A stretch of 64,000 bases of DNA from Tubiluchus corallicola (Eukaryota > Animalia > Priapulida): assembly GCA_030141605.1 (NCBI GenBank), contig JAQGDQ010000069.1, positions 191,126 through 255,125 on the forward strand, in the 5' to 3' direction. How positions within the stretch are numbered: position 1 is the stretch's first letter; each line of letters starts with the position of its first letter. Under the pieces are notes generated by a model, which made no database searches, was not told the origin of the DNA, and worked only from the letters and a program-made list of their open reading frames with translations. Below are positions 62,055 to 64,000 of this stretch, piece after piece. A program made the position numbers and the translations under genes.

Positions 62055-63182
62055 GTAATTTTATTTTCTGTTTAAAGTGGACAAAATCAAAAGATTACTA
62101 CTGATTGGGAGTAATGGGTTATCACGTTTTACTGGGTTACCCAGATCAACACGGACATATTCCAGGCTTCTGGCAGTGACGAGATGAAGTCGCAACGAAA
62201 CTTTCCGCCGACATTAAGAGTTTCAACACATATCTGGTTAGCCCGAGGAGGAAGGAAATACAGATCGCTTATCTTGCAGTTATGAGGCATGTCTTGAACT
62301 CGTAACAATACTAATGAGTCACCAGGATCACACTCCTTCATCATCAGTTTGTGTACTTTTCAGTTAATAAATACATGTGCTTAATAACTCTTCTGAGTAA
62401 ATCTGCGAGTGATCCCATTTCTATAAATATTTTTCAATCTGTGTATGTACGTGTTTGAAATAAATGAAAAGCCAGAAAATTGTTACTTAACAGGCATCAT
62501 GACGAATCAAATTTTGCAACATTTACTCTTCGTAAAAATAAAATACATCGATATACCCTATACAAAAATAATGTACAATGCGTTACTTGGCAATATTCGA
62601 TTACGTCATAGAAGTTATATCACTGTAAACATAATATTAATTCGTGACGTCAGTGAAAGTCATTCAGTAGGATTGGTGGTGTGTCTAAGCCCTGCAGTAG
62701 CGTTTATTTGACTGGAATTTGACCCTAAAAGGTGCGCCACATTTAATTTGTTATGTCAAGCTGATTATGCATTACGTAACTAGACATACGTAATATTCAT
62801 GTATTATAACTCCCTGCTACTAGAGTCTGCCTAATAACAGTAATTCAAGAATCAACGGCTCCTCTTTTAATATAGGGTCAAATCCTTACTGGGACAGGAT
62901 AATATTTTAAGACTAAGAAGTCTGAATCCGCGCCATATGAATTAATGAACTGAACAAACAGGTAGTTCCGACTTCCTACTTTGTTCCTGAATACGGTACT
63001 TATTAAATATACCTAGCTGGCTAACCATTATTCAAGAAACTTTTTACAGCCGAGTCGAACAACTTTGTGAAACCGGCTATGAGCTACATTGCTAGCCTGT
63101 AATGCATTTTTGCCTAATTAACTTTAACAAGTTTCTCTAGGTCTTCAAACTTTTTCAAGAACGCACGTTTTCCTCAGGTTCG

Positions 63183-64000
63183 ATGGCTTCATCATCAACT
63201 TCGATTGCTGACGCGGTATTGCAGCTCATCAAACCAACCATGCCATCTTTAATCAGTCTTTGCTCAAGTTGTCTGGTCGCAAACCACTCGATTTTTGGTC
63301 TTGTGATAAGAAATACAGATATCTTACCTGCAGCAGTCTACACACCCTTAATGAGAGCTGCTTTTCAGAAACGAGACAATTACATTGCACGAAAACTATT
63401 TTCGGCATGGCCAGAAGCCACTTTCTGTCTCCGTGACGTCATACCCGCAGCAGCAGAACATGAGCAGTCTGAGCTGGAGTCTTGGTTGCCCCCTTGCCAG
63501 CATCGTTGTCGAGAATACTTAGACAATGTGAGGAGCTGCTTTATGTCAATCGTGAAAAGTTTTAGGAAAGCTCTTCTACAGGGAGAATTGTCTCGCGAAC
63601 TGAGGTATTTGGATATAACTGGGCAGTATGTGGGAGATCAAATACTGGATGACATTGCCCGCTACATAGACAAAGTTAGTGTTTTAGCAAAACGTTATGG
63701 CCATCCCGTTAAATGTCTACACATCAATTTAGATTTATCAATATGTCGAGTGAGAAAACAAGAGTATCTGATAAGGACTCTGATGCATTGTCGTTTATCC
63801 TCTGAAGTTAGTCTGCTCATTCGTAAATTCAAGGCCACGTCTTTGTCTGCAGAGGCAATAATTAGCTTTTTGGCACCATTAGATATGTCACGAATTACCA
63901 GCTTAACCCTGAGACGTTGTGAGTTAGATGTAAACAAGCTGAAAAAGCCATTGCATATGCTTTCAGAGCTGAGGTCCTTAGATTTATCCTTCAATGACAT
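63183..64000 (+). CDS. LRRC14: LRRC14/PRAME-family LRR protein, N-terminal 272 aa (truncated by window edge)
   Basis: Frame is open from the ATG at 63183 to the window end: MASSSTSIADAVLQLIKPTMPSLISLCSSCLV...ILPAAVYTPLMRAAF...LFSAWPEATFCL...LRYLDIT...LRSLDLSFND. It has a BC-box-like PSLxxLC, a Cul2-box-like LPxxxYxPL, the family WP motif and LRRs. A splice acceptor lies at 63177. Confidence 0.75.
   Translation, partial: MASSSTSIADAVLQLIKPTMPSLISLCSSCLVANHSIFGLVIRNTDILPAAVYTPLMRAAFQKRDNYIARKLFSAWPEATFCLRDVIPAAAEHEQSELESWLPPCQHRCREYLDNVRSCFMSIVKSFRKALLQGELSRELRYLDITGQYVGDQILDDIARYIDKVSVLAKRYGHPVKCLHINLDLSICRVRKQEYLIRTLMHCRLSSEVSLLIRKFKATSLSAEAIISFLAPLDMSRITSLTLRRCELDVNKLKKPLHMLSELRSLDLSFND

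Noticed and set aside
63695-64000. 101-aa minus-strand ORF
   Set aside because: It is the antisense shadow of the LRRC14-like + strand frame.

Overview
AT-rich, intron-containing eukaryotic DNA from an invertebrate animal; the taxon cannot be fixed from the sequence. Splice-aware reading gives these genes in order. (1) The 5' end of a BTG/Tob gene (-, runs off the left edge). (2) A 6-coding-exon synaptophysin/synaptoporin (-). (3) An intronless GAS8/DRC4 (-), head-to-head with (4) a 6-coding-exon proteasome alpha-5 gene PSMA5 (+). (5, 6) Two paralogous, highly diverged cell-surface LRR genes (-): a single-module gene nested antisense in the last PSMA5 intron and an intronless double-module gene just downstream of PSMA5. 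(7) A 7-exon ARMC10/ARMCX-like gene (-). (8) A possible orphan spliced gene or pseudogene at 56-58.4 kb (-). (9) A two-exon DUF268 methyltransferase-like type II membrane protein (+). (10) The start of an LRRC14/PRAME-like gene (+, runs off the right edge). The BTG and LRRC14-like frames are absent from the supplied ORF track. Interspersed are non-autonomous DNA transposons with visible TIRs and TSDs (Merlin-like, hAT, pogo/Tc1), LINE remnants, a small solo LTR, foldback elements and microsatellites. The best candidate for undescribed biology is the small family of divergent LRR surface receptors interleaved with PSMA5. All gene models were assembled by eye and no database searches were run.
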